A model generated the notes under the pieces. It ran no database searches. It was not told the DNA's origin and saw only the letters and a program-made list of their open reading frames with translations. A DNA stretch of 64,000 nt from Rhizobiaceae bacterium. Lineage in GTDB: Bacteria; Pseudomonadota; Alphaproteobacteria; Rhizobiales; Rhizobiaceae. Location of the stretch: NCBI GenBank assembly GCA_036778475.1, contig DAIPSP010000003.1, forward strand, positions 777 through 64,776. Reading direction: 5' to 3'. Of the stretch, positions 52,459-62,317 are shown one piece after another. Numbering within the stretch: the stretch's first letter is position 1; every line of letters starts with the position of its first letter. A program made the translations under genes and the position numbers.

Positions 52459-54429
52459 ATGAATAAGCGCGTCGTGTCCCTCAAGCGTCTCGTCGGCGGA
52501 GTCCACGATCTGGCGGTGGCCGTCGGCGTGTTTCTCCTCACCTACATTCTCGTTCTCGATGTACCGCGCACTCTCGCCATTCCCGATTTGGGTCTGAGAG
52601 TCGGTTTTTTTGCCCTCGCGGCCACGGTCATCTTTGCGGCATTTCGCTTGAACAGCGGCGCTTGGCGCTACGCGTCGCTGTATGACCTGACCGCCATCGT
52701 CAAGGCGAGCGTCACGCTTGTCTGCGTCTACGCTGCTGCAAGTTTCCTGCTGAATCGCGGGATGTCGATGCCCCGGTCCGTCCCACCGATCATGGCGGTG
52801 TTCCTGATATTTTTCCTGAGCGCGCCGCGCATGGCGTTCCGCATTTTTCGCGACGGGCAACTCGGCCCTATTTACAAGCGGCGGCGCAAGGCGAGCGTCA
52901 AGGACCGGTCGGTCCTCCTCTACGGCCTGACCAACCAGGCGGAAACCTTCCTGCGCGCATTGCAGCGCACGCCCGAGTCGCGCGTTCGCGTCGCGGCTAT
53001 TCTCGACGATCAAGACGCCAACCAGAAGCTCCGCGTGCACGGCGCAAAGGTCATCGGCAAATTGTCCGACCTGAAGGCGATTACGGAACGGCGCAGTCAA
53101 GCCGGGCTTCCGATCGACGAACTTGTCGTCGCTCATGAAGGGCTTGCACCCGAACGCCTGTCGCAGATCGTCGAAGCCGCGACCGAAGCCGGCATCGCCG
53201 TGAGCGCGCTCCCGAGCATGACCGAACTGCATGAATTCGCCGGTGAGCAGGCGCTTGAACCGAAGCCGATCAAGCTTGCCGACCTGCTTGGCCGGCCCGA
53301 AATCCAGATCGATGCGCTCGAGGTCTCGCGTCTGATCAGCGGCAAGAAAGTGCTGATCACCGGCGCCGGCGGCTCGATCGGGTCGGAGCTTGTCCGCCAG
53401 GTTTGCGGTTTTGCGCCGCGGCTTTTGTATCTCACCGATATTTCGGAGCATTTTCTCTATACGATCGACATGGAAGTGCGCGAGGCATTTCCGGACCTTC
53501 ACGTTGAATCGCATGTCGCCGACGTGCGCGACGCCGTGCGCATTTCGACCCTGTTCGAGCGCTGCCGGCCCGACATCGTGTTTCACGCCGCTGCGCTGAA
53601 GCAAGTGCCAATGGTCGAGAGCAATGCGGTCGAGGCGATCAAGACGAATGTGCTGGGCACCCAGAACGCTGCCGACGCGGCGCTGGCGAACAAGGCGCGC
53701 GCCTTTGTCATGATCTCGACGGACAAGGCGGTCAATCCGACCAACATCATGGGAGCGACGAAGCGTGCGGCGGAAGCCTATTGCCAGATGCTCGACCTGA
53801 AATCCGAGCACACGCGTTTCAAGACGGTTCGTTTCGGCAATGTCATCGGCTCCAACGGGTCGGTCGTGCCAAGATTCAAGGAGCAGATCGCGCGCGGCGG
53901 ACCGGTAACGGTCACCCATCCGGAGATTGTTCGATTTTTCATGACCATTCCGGAAGCGGTTCGTCTGGTCCTCCAGGCCTCCGGCCACGGTCTGCGCGGC
54001 GGGTCCGAACGGGGCCGCATCCTGGTGCTCGACATGGGCCAGCCGGTCAAGATCGCCGACCTCGCCAGCAAGATGATCCAGCTTGCGGGCTTCCGCCCCG
54101 GCATCGACATCAAGATCGAATATACCGGCCTGCGGCCGGGCGAGAAGCTGTACGAGGAATTGTTCGACGAATCGGAAATCGTTTCGCCGCCGACGAACCA
54201 CGGTTATTCGATCGCGACGCCGCGCGTAACGAACGACAAGCTGCTGCAAAAGACAATCGCGGAACTGAAGGCGGCGGCACTCGCCTATGACGAGGAGACG
54301 GCGATCAAGCTGCTGCTGCACATCGTGCCGGAATATTCAGGCACGCTCCGGGAGACTGTCGCCGGCGACAAGGCGCATCCCGGGGCGGATGTCACGACGT
54401 TCAAGCGGCCGTTGGGCGACAAGAACTGA
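52459..54429 (+). CDS. membrane-anchored polysaccharide biosynthesis protein CapD/WbpM/PglF-type (UDP-GlcNAc 4,6-dehydratase)
   Basis: ORF 52429..54429, ATG at 52459. Four N-terminal TM segments, then KVLITGAGGSIGSELVRQV, VFHAAALKQVPMVE, STDKAVNPTNIMGATKRAAE, RFGNVIGSNGSVVPRF. Confidence 0.9.
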   Translation: MNKRVVSLKRLVGGVHDLAVAVGVFLLTYILVLDVPRTLAIPDLGLRVGFFALAATVIFAAFRLNSGAWRYASLYDLTAIVKASVTLVCVYAAASFLLNRGMSMPRSVPPIMAVFLIFFLSAPRMAFRIFRDGQLGPIYKRRRKASVKDRSVLLYGLTNQAETFLRALQRTPESRVRVAAILDDQDANQKLRVHGAKVIGKLSDLKAITERRSQAGLPIDELVVAHEGLAPERLSQIVEAATEAGIAVSALPSMTELHEFAGEQALEPKPIKLADLLGRPEIQIDALEVSRLISGKKVLITGAGGSIGSELVRQVCGFAPRLLYLTDISEHFLYTIDMEVREAFPDLHVESHVADVRDAVRISTLFERCRPDIVFHAAALKQVPMVESNAVEAIKTNVLGTQNAADAALANKARAFVMISTDKAVNPTNIMGATKRAAEAYCQMLDLKSEHTRFKTVRFGNVIGSNGSVVPRFKEQIARGGPVTVTHPEIVRFFMTIPEAVRLVLQASGHGLRGGSERGRILVLDMGQPVKIADLASKMIQLAGFRPGIDIKIEYTGLRPGEKLYEELFDESEIVSPPTNHGYSIATPRVTNDKLLQKTIAELKAAALAYDEETAIKLLLHIVPEYSGTLRETVAGDKAHPGADVTTFKRPLGDKN

Positions 54430-54444
54430 CGGCCGGCAGCCTTG

Positions 54445-55131
54445 TCAGTCGTCTGACCACTCAGCCAGAGCCGCGATCACGCCCTGCAGGTCGGCAAGCC
54501 GGCGGATCACGGTTTCGGCGCCCGCTTCAGTCAGTGCGTCGGCATGACCGGGCCATGAATGGGCCGCGCCGGTAAAGCCGATCACGCGCATGCCCGCGGC
54601 GCGCGCACCGTTCACGCCATGCACCGAATCCTCGATGACGAAGGTTTTCGGCGGCTCGGCCTGCATCGCTTTCGCCGCGTGCAGATAGATGTCGGGCGTT
54701 GGCTTGGGACGAACGTTCGGCGTGTCGATCGCTGAAAAAATATCGCCGCCAAACAGCGGCAGGATGCCGGTCTTGGTCAGCATGATCTCGAGCCTGGCCT
54801 TGCTCGAGTTCGAGCACACGCACCGTTTGTAGGGCGTCAGCGCCACCGCCTCGCGGGCGCCGTCGATCGCCTTAACCTCGCGCGCCAGCCGCTTGTCGAG
54901 CATCCTCTGCTCATCGTCGATCAGCGACGCCTGCAGCGGGATCGACGCCTCCTTCTCGATCTCCAGCAGGATATTGCGGAAGGTCAAGCCCGCATAGCGT
55001 TCGGACAATTCCTCCGGCTCGATCGGAAATCCGGCCTTGGTGATCAGTTCGGCGTCGACACGGGCGGCGATTATCTCCGAATCAACGAGCACACCGTCGC
55101 AATCGAAAATGACAAGGTCTGGGGCTGGCAT
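54445..55131 (-). CDS. HAD-superfamily hydrolase (subfamily IA, phosphatase/beta-PGM-like)
   Basis: ORF 54445..55239. The start MPAPDLVIFDCDGVLVDSE (DxDG motif I) is at 55131. Motifs CSNS and EDSVHGVNGARAAG are also present. Confidence 0.8.
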   Translation of the reverse strand: MPAPDLVIFDCDGVLVDSEIIAARVDAELITKAGFPIEPEELSERYAGLTFRNILLEIEKEASIPLQASLIDDEQRMLDKRLAREVKAIDGAREAVALTPYKRCVCSNSSKARLEIMLTKTGILPLFGGDIFSAIDTPNVRPKPTPDIYLHAAKAMQAEPPKTFVIEDSVHGVNGARAAGMRVIGFTGAAHSWPGHADALTEAGAETVIRRLADLQGVIAALAEWSDD

Positions 55132-55231
55132 CGGCGGCTCTCGATCTGATTGGGAACGGGCGCAGCCGATAACCGATCGGCGGCCCGAGCGCAAACCGGA
55201 CCGGCGCTTCATTAAATGTTTACGCGATCGG

Positions 55232-55239
55232 GTAACCAT
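55232..55239. promoter_or_regulatory. possible CtrA half-site GTAACCAT (one mismatch to TTAACCAT) 39 nt upstream of ccrM, with TTAA at 55212-55215
   Basis: Read directly. Very short motif, so chance occurrence is plausible. Confidence 0.2.
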
Positions 55240-55241
55240 AA

Positions 55242-56411
<1,170 letters not shown>

Positions 56412-56452
56412 AGCGCATTGCCGCTGGGGTAGTTTGATGACAAACTACCCCG

Positions 56453-57013
56453 ATGAAACGTCTTGCCTGCGCAATCCTGCTGTTCGGCTCGTTGGCGACC
56501 CAGGCGCGAGCCCAGGCCGACGACGCCCTGTTCAGGGCGATGTCGATGATGGCGACGGGCAGCGGCATGGCCGAGGCGCTGCCGCCAACGATCCAGGACG
56601 GCAACTATTTCGACATCCTGGCCTTCGGAGTCGGCGCTTCCGGCAATGTGCTGTCGCCCGGGCCGGGCGGCTGTTCGATCATCCAGACCTCGGTGACGCA
56701 GGATCGCGGCAAGTTCGCGCAGGTCGCGGTACAGACATTCGACTTCGCCCGGATCACCGGCGTGCGTTATCTGGGGCCAGACGACGATTTCGCCACCGCG
56801 CCGTCGCGCCTGTCGGACGACCCCAAGGCGGACACGATCTCGCTCGACGGAACATCGTGGCAATGCCAGCGCGTCGTTCACATCGATCCGGCGAAACCCC
56901 AGTTTGCGCAGTTCTGCGAAAATGGCTGGACGATTCCGCTGATCGGCGATGACGACCGGCGCGCGGCGCGCGAGGCGATCGAACTCATCCGCAGCCGCTG
57001 CGCTCCGCAATAG
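56453..57013 (+). CDS. secreted hypothetical protein
   Basis: MKRLACAILLFGSLATQARA|QADD signal peptide. Four Cys residues. No family recognised. Confidence 0.6.
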   Translation: MKRLACAILLFGSLATQARAQADDALFRAMSMMATGSGMAEALPPTIQDGNYFDILAFGVGASGNVLSPGPGGCSIIQTSVTQDRGKFAQVAVQTFDFARITGVRYLGPDDDFATAPSRLSDDPKADTISLDGTSWQCQRVVHIDPAKPQFAQFCENGWTIPLIGDDDRRAAREAIELIRSRCAPQ

Positions 57014-57023
57014 GCCGTCGAGC

Positions 57024-57632
57024 CTAAGCGATCCCGCGCGCGGCGAGATCAGCCTTGAGGCTTGCGGCCCCCTTGAACAGCACCGCCTGCCAGCCGGCGG
57101 CGATGGCGCCCGCGACATTGACGGGCGCATCGTCGATGAACAGGGTCGCCGCCGGATCGAGCCCGAACGTTGCGGCGTGACGGTCGTAGATCGCCCTGTC
57201 GGGCTTGATCAGCCCGACTTCGGCGGAAACCGTCACCCCGCGCGGCCGGTCGAGGAAATCCCAGCGACGGCGCGCCTCGGCGAATGTGTCGCCGGCAAAA
57301 TTGGTCAGCATCGTCACGTCGCGCCCCTGCCCGATCAGGTCGAGCATGATCGCGACGGTATCGTCGTAGGAATGCGGCACCATTTCATGCCAAGTCCGGC
57401 GAAAAGCGCGGATATTGGCCTCTTCATCCGGAAATCGGGCGATCAGCAGGTCTTCCGCCTCCCGCCAGCTACGCCCCCGATCCTGCTCGATATTCCAATC
57501 GTGGGTGCAGACATTGTCGAAGAACCAGCGGCGGCGCGTATCGTCCGGAATCAGCCGGCGATAGGGAATGTTGGGATCGTAGTGGAGCAGCACCTTGCCG
57601 ATGTCGAAGACGATGTGACGGATCTGGGTCAT
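57024..57632 (-). CDS. HAD-superfamily hydrolase
   Basis: Within ORF 57024..58097. MTQIRHIVFDIGKVLL (motif I variant DxG), TNF, FIDDAPVNVAGA. The ATG at 57632 overlaps the mutY stop (ATGA). Confidence 0.75.
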   Translation of the reverse strand: MTQIRHIVFDIGKVLLHYDPNIPYRRLIPDDTRRRWFFDNVCTHDWNIEQDRGRSWREAEDLLIARFPDEEANIRAFRRTWHEMVPHSYDDTVAIMLDLIGQGRDVTMLTNFAGDTFAEARRRWDFLDRPRGVTVSAEVGLIKPDRAIYDRHAATFGLDPAATLFIDDAPVNVAGAIAAGWQAVLFKGAASLKADLAARGIA

Positions 57633-58822
57633 TTCTTGCTTTTCGCAGGTTTCGCCTGCCGTTTCGAGCCGCCCGGCAGCGCCGCCTCGATCGCCTTGCG
57701 CATCAGGTTCGGCAGCGCCTCGCCGGCAAGGTCCTTCGACCACCAGTTGCCCGGCGGCGGCGGCGCGTCGACATAGCCGCGATAGACTGTCAGCTCCAGT
57801 TCGAAATGGGTGAAGACGTGGCTGACCGCGCCAACCGGCTTCCAGAGCGCGCGAAACGGCGCGGCGTCCGCGCCGGTGGCGCCGTCGACGCGCGAGGTCC
57901 ATCCGGTCGTCGGCACCTCGCTCATGCCCCCGAGCAGGCCCTTTTCCGGCCGCTTGCGCAACAGCACCGCGCCATCGCGGCGAAGCGCAACGAACGCGGC
58001 GCCCTTGCGGCGCGGCTTGTCCGCCCTGGGCGGCTTGACGGGAAATCGCTCCGGATCGCCGGCCTTGAGCGCCGCGCAGCCGGCGCGCAACGGACACAAC
58101 ACGCAGGCCGGCCGGCGCGGGGTGCAGATCGTCGCGCCCAGATCCATCATCGCCTGGGCAAAGTCGCCCGGCCTCGACGGGTCGATCCGTTCCGCAACGA
58201 ACCGCCTGATGTCGGGCTTGGCCTCGGGCAACGGCATCGCAATGGCGGCGACCCGGGTCACCACCCGCTCAACATTGCCGTCGACGACGGGCGCGGCCTC
58301 GCCGAACGCGATCGAGGCGATCGCCGCCGCCGTGTAGGGCCCGACGCCGGGCAGTTTCCGCAATTCGGCTTCGGTGGAAGGAAAGACGCCTCCGTGGCTC
58401 TCGACCACCGCTTCGGCGCATTTTTTCAGATTGCGCGCCCGCGAATAGTAGCCGAGCCCCGCCCAGGCCTTCATCACGTCGTCGGCGTCGGCGCGGGCCA
58501 GCGAACCGACATCGGGCCATTTGTCGAGGAACGCGGCGAAATAGGGTTTGACCGCCTGAACCGTCGTCTGCTGCAGCATGATCTCGGACAGCCAGACGCG
58601 ATAAGGATCGGGCCGGGCGCCTGCCCTCAACTGCGCCGGCGCCAGCCGCCACGGCAGCTCGCGGTGGTGGCGGTCGTACCAGTCGAGCAGCGCGGCGGCA
58701 AAATCCAGCGCGTCGCCTCGATTGGCATGTTGCGATGTCGCTCGATTGTCGGGCAAGGCTGGATTCGTCCGCGTCTTTGACAGGTCATAGCGCGCCGGGT
58801 GGAACTTGCAATCCCGCCGCAA
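57629..58822 (-). CDS. mutY: A/G-specific adenine DNA glycosylase MutY
   Basis: LLDWYDRHHRELPWR, PYRVWLSEIMLQQTTVQAV, GLGYYSRARNL, Fe-S loop CTPRRPACVLCPLRAGC and a C-terminal NUDIX-like domain. The start (TTG 58822) is uncertain; 58756 (TTG) is possible. Confidence 0.9.
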   Translation of the reverse strand: MRRDCKFHPARYDLSKTRTNPALPDNRATSQHANRGDALDFAAALLDWYDRHHRELPWRLAPAQLRAGARPDPYRVWLSEIMLQQTTVQAVKPYFAAFLDKWPDVGSLARADADDVMKAWAGLGYYSRARNLKKCAEAVVESHGGVFPSTEAELRKLPGVGPYTAAAIASIAFGEAAPVVDGNVERVVTRVAAIAMPLPEAKPDIRRFVAERIDPSRPGDFAQAMMDLGATICTPRRPACVLCPLRAGCAALKAGDPERFPVKPPRADKPRRKGAAFVALRRDGAVLLRKRPEKGLLGGMSEVPTTGWTSRVDGATGADAAPFRALWKPVGAVSHVFTHFELELTVYRGYVDAPPPPGNWWSKDLAGEALPNLMRKAIEAALPGGSKRQAKPAKSKK

Positions 58823-58936
58823 AGGCGCGGCGCGGAGCGCCGCTCGAACGTATCATTTGGAAATAATGGCTGATTTGCCAGTGTGCGGAGCAGCGGTTAT
58901 CACGGCGCGGACCAAATCACTTGCGAGCTTTTCCTG

Positions 58937-60058
58937 ATGAATCTGCCGTTTATCGACCTTGCCGCCCAGCAGGCGCGCATTCGCGACTCGATCGATTCCG
59001 CCATCGCGGCGGTGCTCGACGAGGGCCAGTATGTCTCCGGCCGGCAGGTTGTCGAACTCGAAAAGCAGCTGGCGGCGTTTTGCGGCGCAAAGCACTGCCT
59101 GACATGCGCCAACGGCACCGATGCGATCCAGCTGGCGCTGATGGCGCTGGGCGTCGGCCAGGGCGATGCGGTGTTCGTGCCCTCCTTCACCTTTGCCGCG
59201 ACCGCCGAAGTCGCACCGCTGGTGGGCGCGACCCCGGTGTTCGTCGATGTCCTGCCCGACACGTTCAACATGGACCCGCAGAGCCTGAAGCGCGCCATCG
59301 CCCATGCGGTTGATCTCGGTCTGCGGCCCGCCTGCGTCATCCCGGTCGACCTGTTCGGCCTGCCGGCGGATTTCGACGAACTGTCGGCGATCGCCCGCGA
59401 CGCCGGGCTCAAAATCATCGACGACAGCGCCCAGGGATTTGGCGGCACCTACAAGGGCCAGATGACCGGTGTGCTGGCCGACATCACCACGACCTCCTTC
59501 TTTCCGGCAAAACCGCTCGGCTGCTATGGCGACGGCGGCGCGATCTTCACCGACAATGACGACTACGCGGCTCTGCTCAATTCGTATCGCGTCCACGGCC
59601 AGGGCGTGCACAAATACATCAACGAGCGGATCGGCCTGAACAGCCGTCTCGATACGATCCAGGCCGCCATCCTGCTGGAAAAGCTGAAGCTCTACCCCGG
59701 CGAGATCGAGGCGCGCCAGCGCATCGCGACGCGCTATTCCAATGCGCTCGGCAACAAGTTCGAAACACCCTACATGCCCGACGGACTGACCAGCATCTGG
59801 GCGCAATACACGCTGAAGACCCGGGACAAGGGGGAGCGTGACGCGCTGCAGGAGCGCGCCAGGAAGGCCGGCGTGCCGACCGTCGTCTATTATCCGATCC
59901 CGCTACACCGCCAGACCGCCTACAAGGACTTTCCCGCCGATCCCGCCGGACTGCCGGTCAGCGACGACCTGTCGAACCGGGTGGTGAGCCTGCCGATGCA
60001 CCCCTATCTGTCCGCCGCCGACCAGGACCGCATCTGCGACGCGATTAGCGGCGGCTGA
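58937..60058 (+). CDS. DegT/DnrJ/EryC1/StrS family PLP-dependent sugar aminotransferase
   Basis: MNLPFIDLAAQQARIRDSIDSAI, CANGTDAIQLAL, VPSFTFAATAEV, IDDSAQGFG, TTSFFPAKPLGCYGDGGA (PLP lysine), SRLDTIQAAIL. Confidence 0.9.
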   Translation: MNLPFIDLAAQQARIRDSIDSAIAAVLDEGQYVSGRQVVELEKQLAAFCGAKHCLTCANGTDAIQLALMALGVGQGDAVFVPSFTFAATAEVAPLVGATPVFVDVLPDTFNMDPQSLKRAIAHAVDLGLRPACVIPVDLFGLPADFDELSAIARDAGLKIIDDSAQGFGGTYKGQMTGVLADITTTSFFPAKPLGCYGDGGAIFTDNDDYAALLNSYRVHGQGVHKYINERIGLNSRLDTIQAAILLEKLKLYPGEIEARQRIATRYSNALGNKFETPYMPDGLTSIWAQYTLKTRDKGERDALQERARKAGVPTVVYYPIPLHRQTAYKDFPADPAGLPVSDDLSNRVVSLPMHPYLSAADQDRICDAISGG

Positions 60059-60108
60059 TTGTTGCCAGCGCGGCCGCCCTTCTCTATATGGGCGGCTCTC
60101 CGGCGCGT

Positions 60109-60183
60109 TGGGGCGTCGCCAAGCGGTAAGGCATCGGTTTTTGGTACCGACATTCCCAGGTTCGAATCCTGGCGCCCCAGCCA
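60109..60183 (+). tRNA. tRNA-Gln (anticodon UUG)
   Basis: Acceptor TGGGGCG/CGCCCCA (U1-A72), anticodon stem TCGGT/ACCGA with loop TTTTGGT, T arm CCAGG-TTCGAAT-CCTGG, discriminator G and encoded CCA. Closely parallels E. coli tRNA-Gln. Confidence 0.95.
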
Positions 60184-60321
60184 CATTCTCCCGGTCCGCA
60201 ACACTCAAGATACCGGTCGCAAGTTCGGTCCTGGCGCCGGCTCGCCTGACCGGCCAAAACCCGCTGCCGATGTCCGGGCAGATCGCTTTGTAACAGCATT
60301 ACTCTTGCCGGCGGCGGCAGT

Positions 60322-60831
60322 TTGCAGGCAAGCAGGGCCGGTTTCAATTTTGGCGAAAGCGATGCGGTGCAACGGCTGGAACTTGCAATACCTCCACTTG
60401 GCCTGACGGTCGCGCTGACCCTGGTCATTGGCGCGGTCGCGCGGCTTCTGCCCGGATTTTCGCTGCCGCTGCCGGCCGGCCTGTCCAGGATCGGCCCCGC
60501 CCTCGCCGTCCTCGGCATTGCCGTGTGCCTCGCCGGCGTCGTCGCGTTCAGGATGTCTGGAACCACGGTCGACCCCGTCCATCCGGACAGCGCAAGCCGG
60601 ATCGTCGACAGCGGAATCTATCGCGTCAGCCGCAACCCGATGTATCTGGGGTTCCTGCTTTTCCTCCTCGGCGCGGCGCTATGGAGCGCCAACTGGATCG
60701 CGCTGACCGTCGCCTTGGCTTTCGTTCCCTACATGAACCGGTTCCAGATCGCGCCCGAAGAGCGCATATTGTCGGAGAAGTTCGGCGCCCCCTACCGGAC
60801 CTACCTGACACGGGTGAGGCGATGGATCTGA
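60322..60831 (+). CDS. isoprenylcysteine carboxyl methyltransferase (ICMT)/phospholipid-methyltransferase-family membrane protein
   Basis: Multi-TM protein with C-terminal GIYRVSRNPMYLGFLLFLLG...EERILSEKFGAPYRTY, the ICMT/PEMT-family signature. TTG start uncertain (the GTG near 60366 is possible). Confidence 0.7.
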   Translation: MQASRAGFNFGESDAVQRLELAIPPLGLTVALTLVIGAVARLLPGFSLPLPAGLSRIGPALAVLGIAVCLAGVVAFRMSGTTVDPVHPDSASRIVDSGIYRVSRNPMYLGFLLFLLGAALWSANWIALTVALAFVPYMNRFQIAPEERILSEKFGAPYRTYLTRVRRWI

Positions 60832-60838
60832 CGTCAGC

Positions 60839-61357
60839 ATGAACCCCCGGCCGCCAAGATACGCCAGCCCGGTCGGCGATCTGGTCACCGCGCTGATCGA
60901 CCCCGTGCTCAGGCGCAAGGCCGGGCTGTCGACGGCGCTGATCCAGTCCTGGGACGAGATCGTCGGCGCGCGGCTGAGCACACGCTGCCGGCCGGAACGA
61001 ATCGCCTGGCCGCGCCGGACGGGCGACGACGACCCGTTCGAGCCGGCAACGCTGATCATCGCCTGCGAGGGGTCGGCGGCGCTGCACCTGCAACACGAGA
61101 CCGGCGAGGTCATCGGCCGGATCAACAGCTTTCTCGGCTTCGCCGCCATCGGCCATATCCGCATCGTGCAGAAGCCGATGGTGAGCCTGTCGCCGCCGCG
61201 GCGCGAGCCGCCGAAACCGACGCAGGCGCAAAAGGACCGCGTCGCTGGCATCGTCCAGGCCGTCGACGACGGCGACCTGCGGGCGTCGCTCGAGCGTCTC
61301 GGCGGATCGATCGCAGCCAAACGGGCGGCCCGAAACGGTCCCGGCCAGCCGAAATAG
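60839..61357 (+). CDS. DUF721 (DciA-like) protein
   Basis: PVGDLVTALIDPVLRRKAGLSTALIQSWDEIVGARLSTRCRPERI...LIIACEGSAALHLQHETGEVIGRINSFLG matches the DUF721 pattern. The position near mutY/smc is typical for Alphaproteobacteria. Confidence 0.7.
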   Translation: MNPRPPRYASPVGDLVTALIDPVLRRKAGLSTALIQSWDEIVGARLSTRCRPERIAWPRRTGDDDPFEPATLIIACEGSAALHLQHETGEVIGRINSFLGFAAIGHIRIVQKPMVSLSPPRREPPKPTQAQKDRVAGIVQAVDDGDLRASLERLGGSIAAKRAARNGPGQPK

Positions 61358-61525
61358 CATGTTCGTGAACGGACCGGCGAAGAAACGATTAGGCGGCCGG
61401 CAAATATTGCCATAATTGGACGCATAACGCTCAGCAACGCGCCATCGCGCGACTGTTCCAGCCCGCGCGCAAGCGCGACCCGATAGTGCCCGCGCAACTG
61501 CGCGACCCGATAGAGAAGGTGCCTT

Positions 61526-62257
61526 ATGATCAAGTCCATGCGTCGCCGAGACGTCGTCCTGTCGATGGGAGCGGTTTCTGCCGCCGCCTTGCTCGCCGCG
61601 TGCAGCCAGGAGGAGAAAAAGCCGGCCGCCGACGCCACGCCGGCGGCGCCTGCGACCCCCGCCACCGAGGCCGCTCCGGCGAAGCCGGCGGTTGCAGCGC
61701 CCGCGGCGCAGGGCAAGGTGGACGTCGCCAAGTTGATGGCCCCGGGCACCCTGCCCGACCAGGTGATGGGAAAGGCCGACGCCCCGGTGACGATCGTCGA
61801 ATACGCCTCGCTGACCTGTTCGCACTGCCGCGACTTCCACGAGGCGTCGCTGCCGGAGATCAAGGCCAAATATATCGACACCGGCAAGGCCCGGCTGATC
61901 TTGCGCGAGTTCCCGTTCGATCCGCGTGCGGAAGCCGGTTTCATGCTCGCGCGCTGCTCGAAAGACCGCTATTTTCCGATGACCGACGTGCTGTTCAAGC
62001 AGCAGGATAGCTGGGCGCGGGCCGACGATGCGCAGGCTGCGCTGCTGCAGATCTCGAAATTGGCCGGTTTTACACAGGAGAGCTTCACCGCATGCTTGAC
62101 GGACCAGAAACTTCTGGACGACATCAGGGCGGTGCGGGAACGAGGAAACAAGGAATTCGGCGTCGACGCCACGCCGACCTTCTTCATTAACGGCAACAAA
62201 TATGCAGGCGCCCTGTCGGCCGCTGAAATGTCGGCCATCATTGACGGCATGCTCTGA
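61526..62257 (+). CDS. DsbA-family thiol:disulfide oxidoreductase, probable lipoprotein
   Basis: Signal with lipobox LLAAC, a Pro/Ala-rich linker, thioredoxin-fold active site SLTCSHCRDF and C-terminal GVDATPTFFINGNKY. Confidence 0.8.
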   Translation: MIKSMRRRDVVLSMGAVSAAALLAACSQEEKKPAADATPAAPATPATEAAPAKPAVAAPAAQGKVDVAKLMAPGTLPDQVMGKADAPVTIVEYASLTCSHCRDFHEASLPEIKAKYIDTGKARLILREFPFDPRAEAGFMLARCSKDRYFPMTDVLFKQQDSWARADDAQAALLQISKLAGFTQESFTACLTDQKLLDDIRAVRERGNKEFGVDATPTFFINGNKYAGALSAAEMSAIIDGML

Positions 62258-62317
62258 CGCCCAAGCGGGCGTCGGTTTTGCCGCGCCTGCCGCAAGCCGA
62301 AGCGGGGAGACCGCCTG

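Noticed and set aside
29300-54430. Looked for a PAPS-dependent sulfotransferase (P-loop-like 5'-PSB and 3'-PB motifs) that would explain the CysC/CysQ functions
   Set aside because: None of the unknown ORFs shows such motifs by eye. O-sulfation therefore cannot be claimed from this window, and only the sulfite/SqdB link is proposed.
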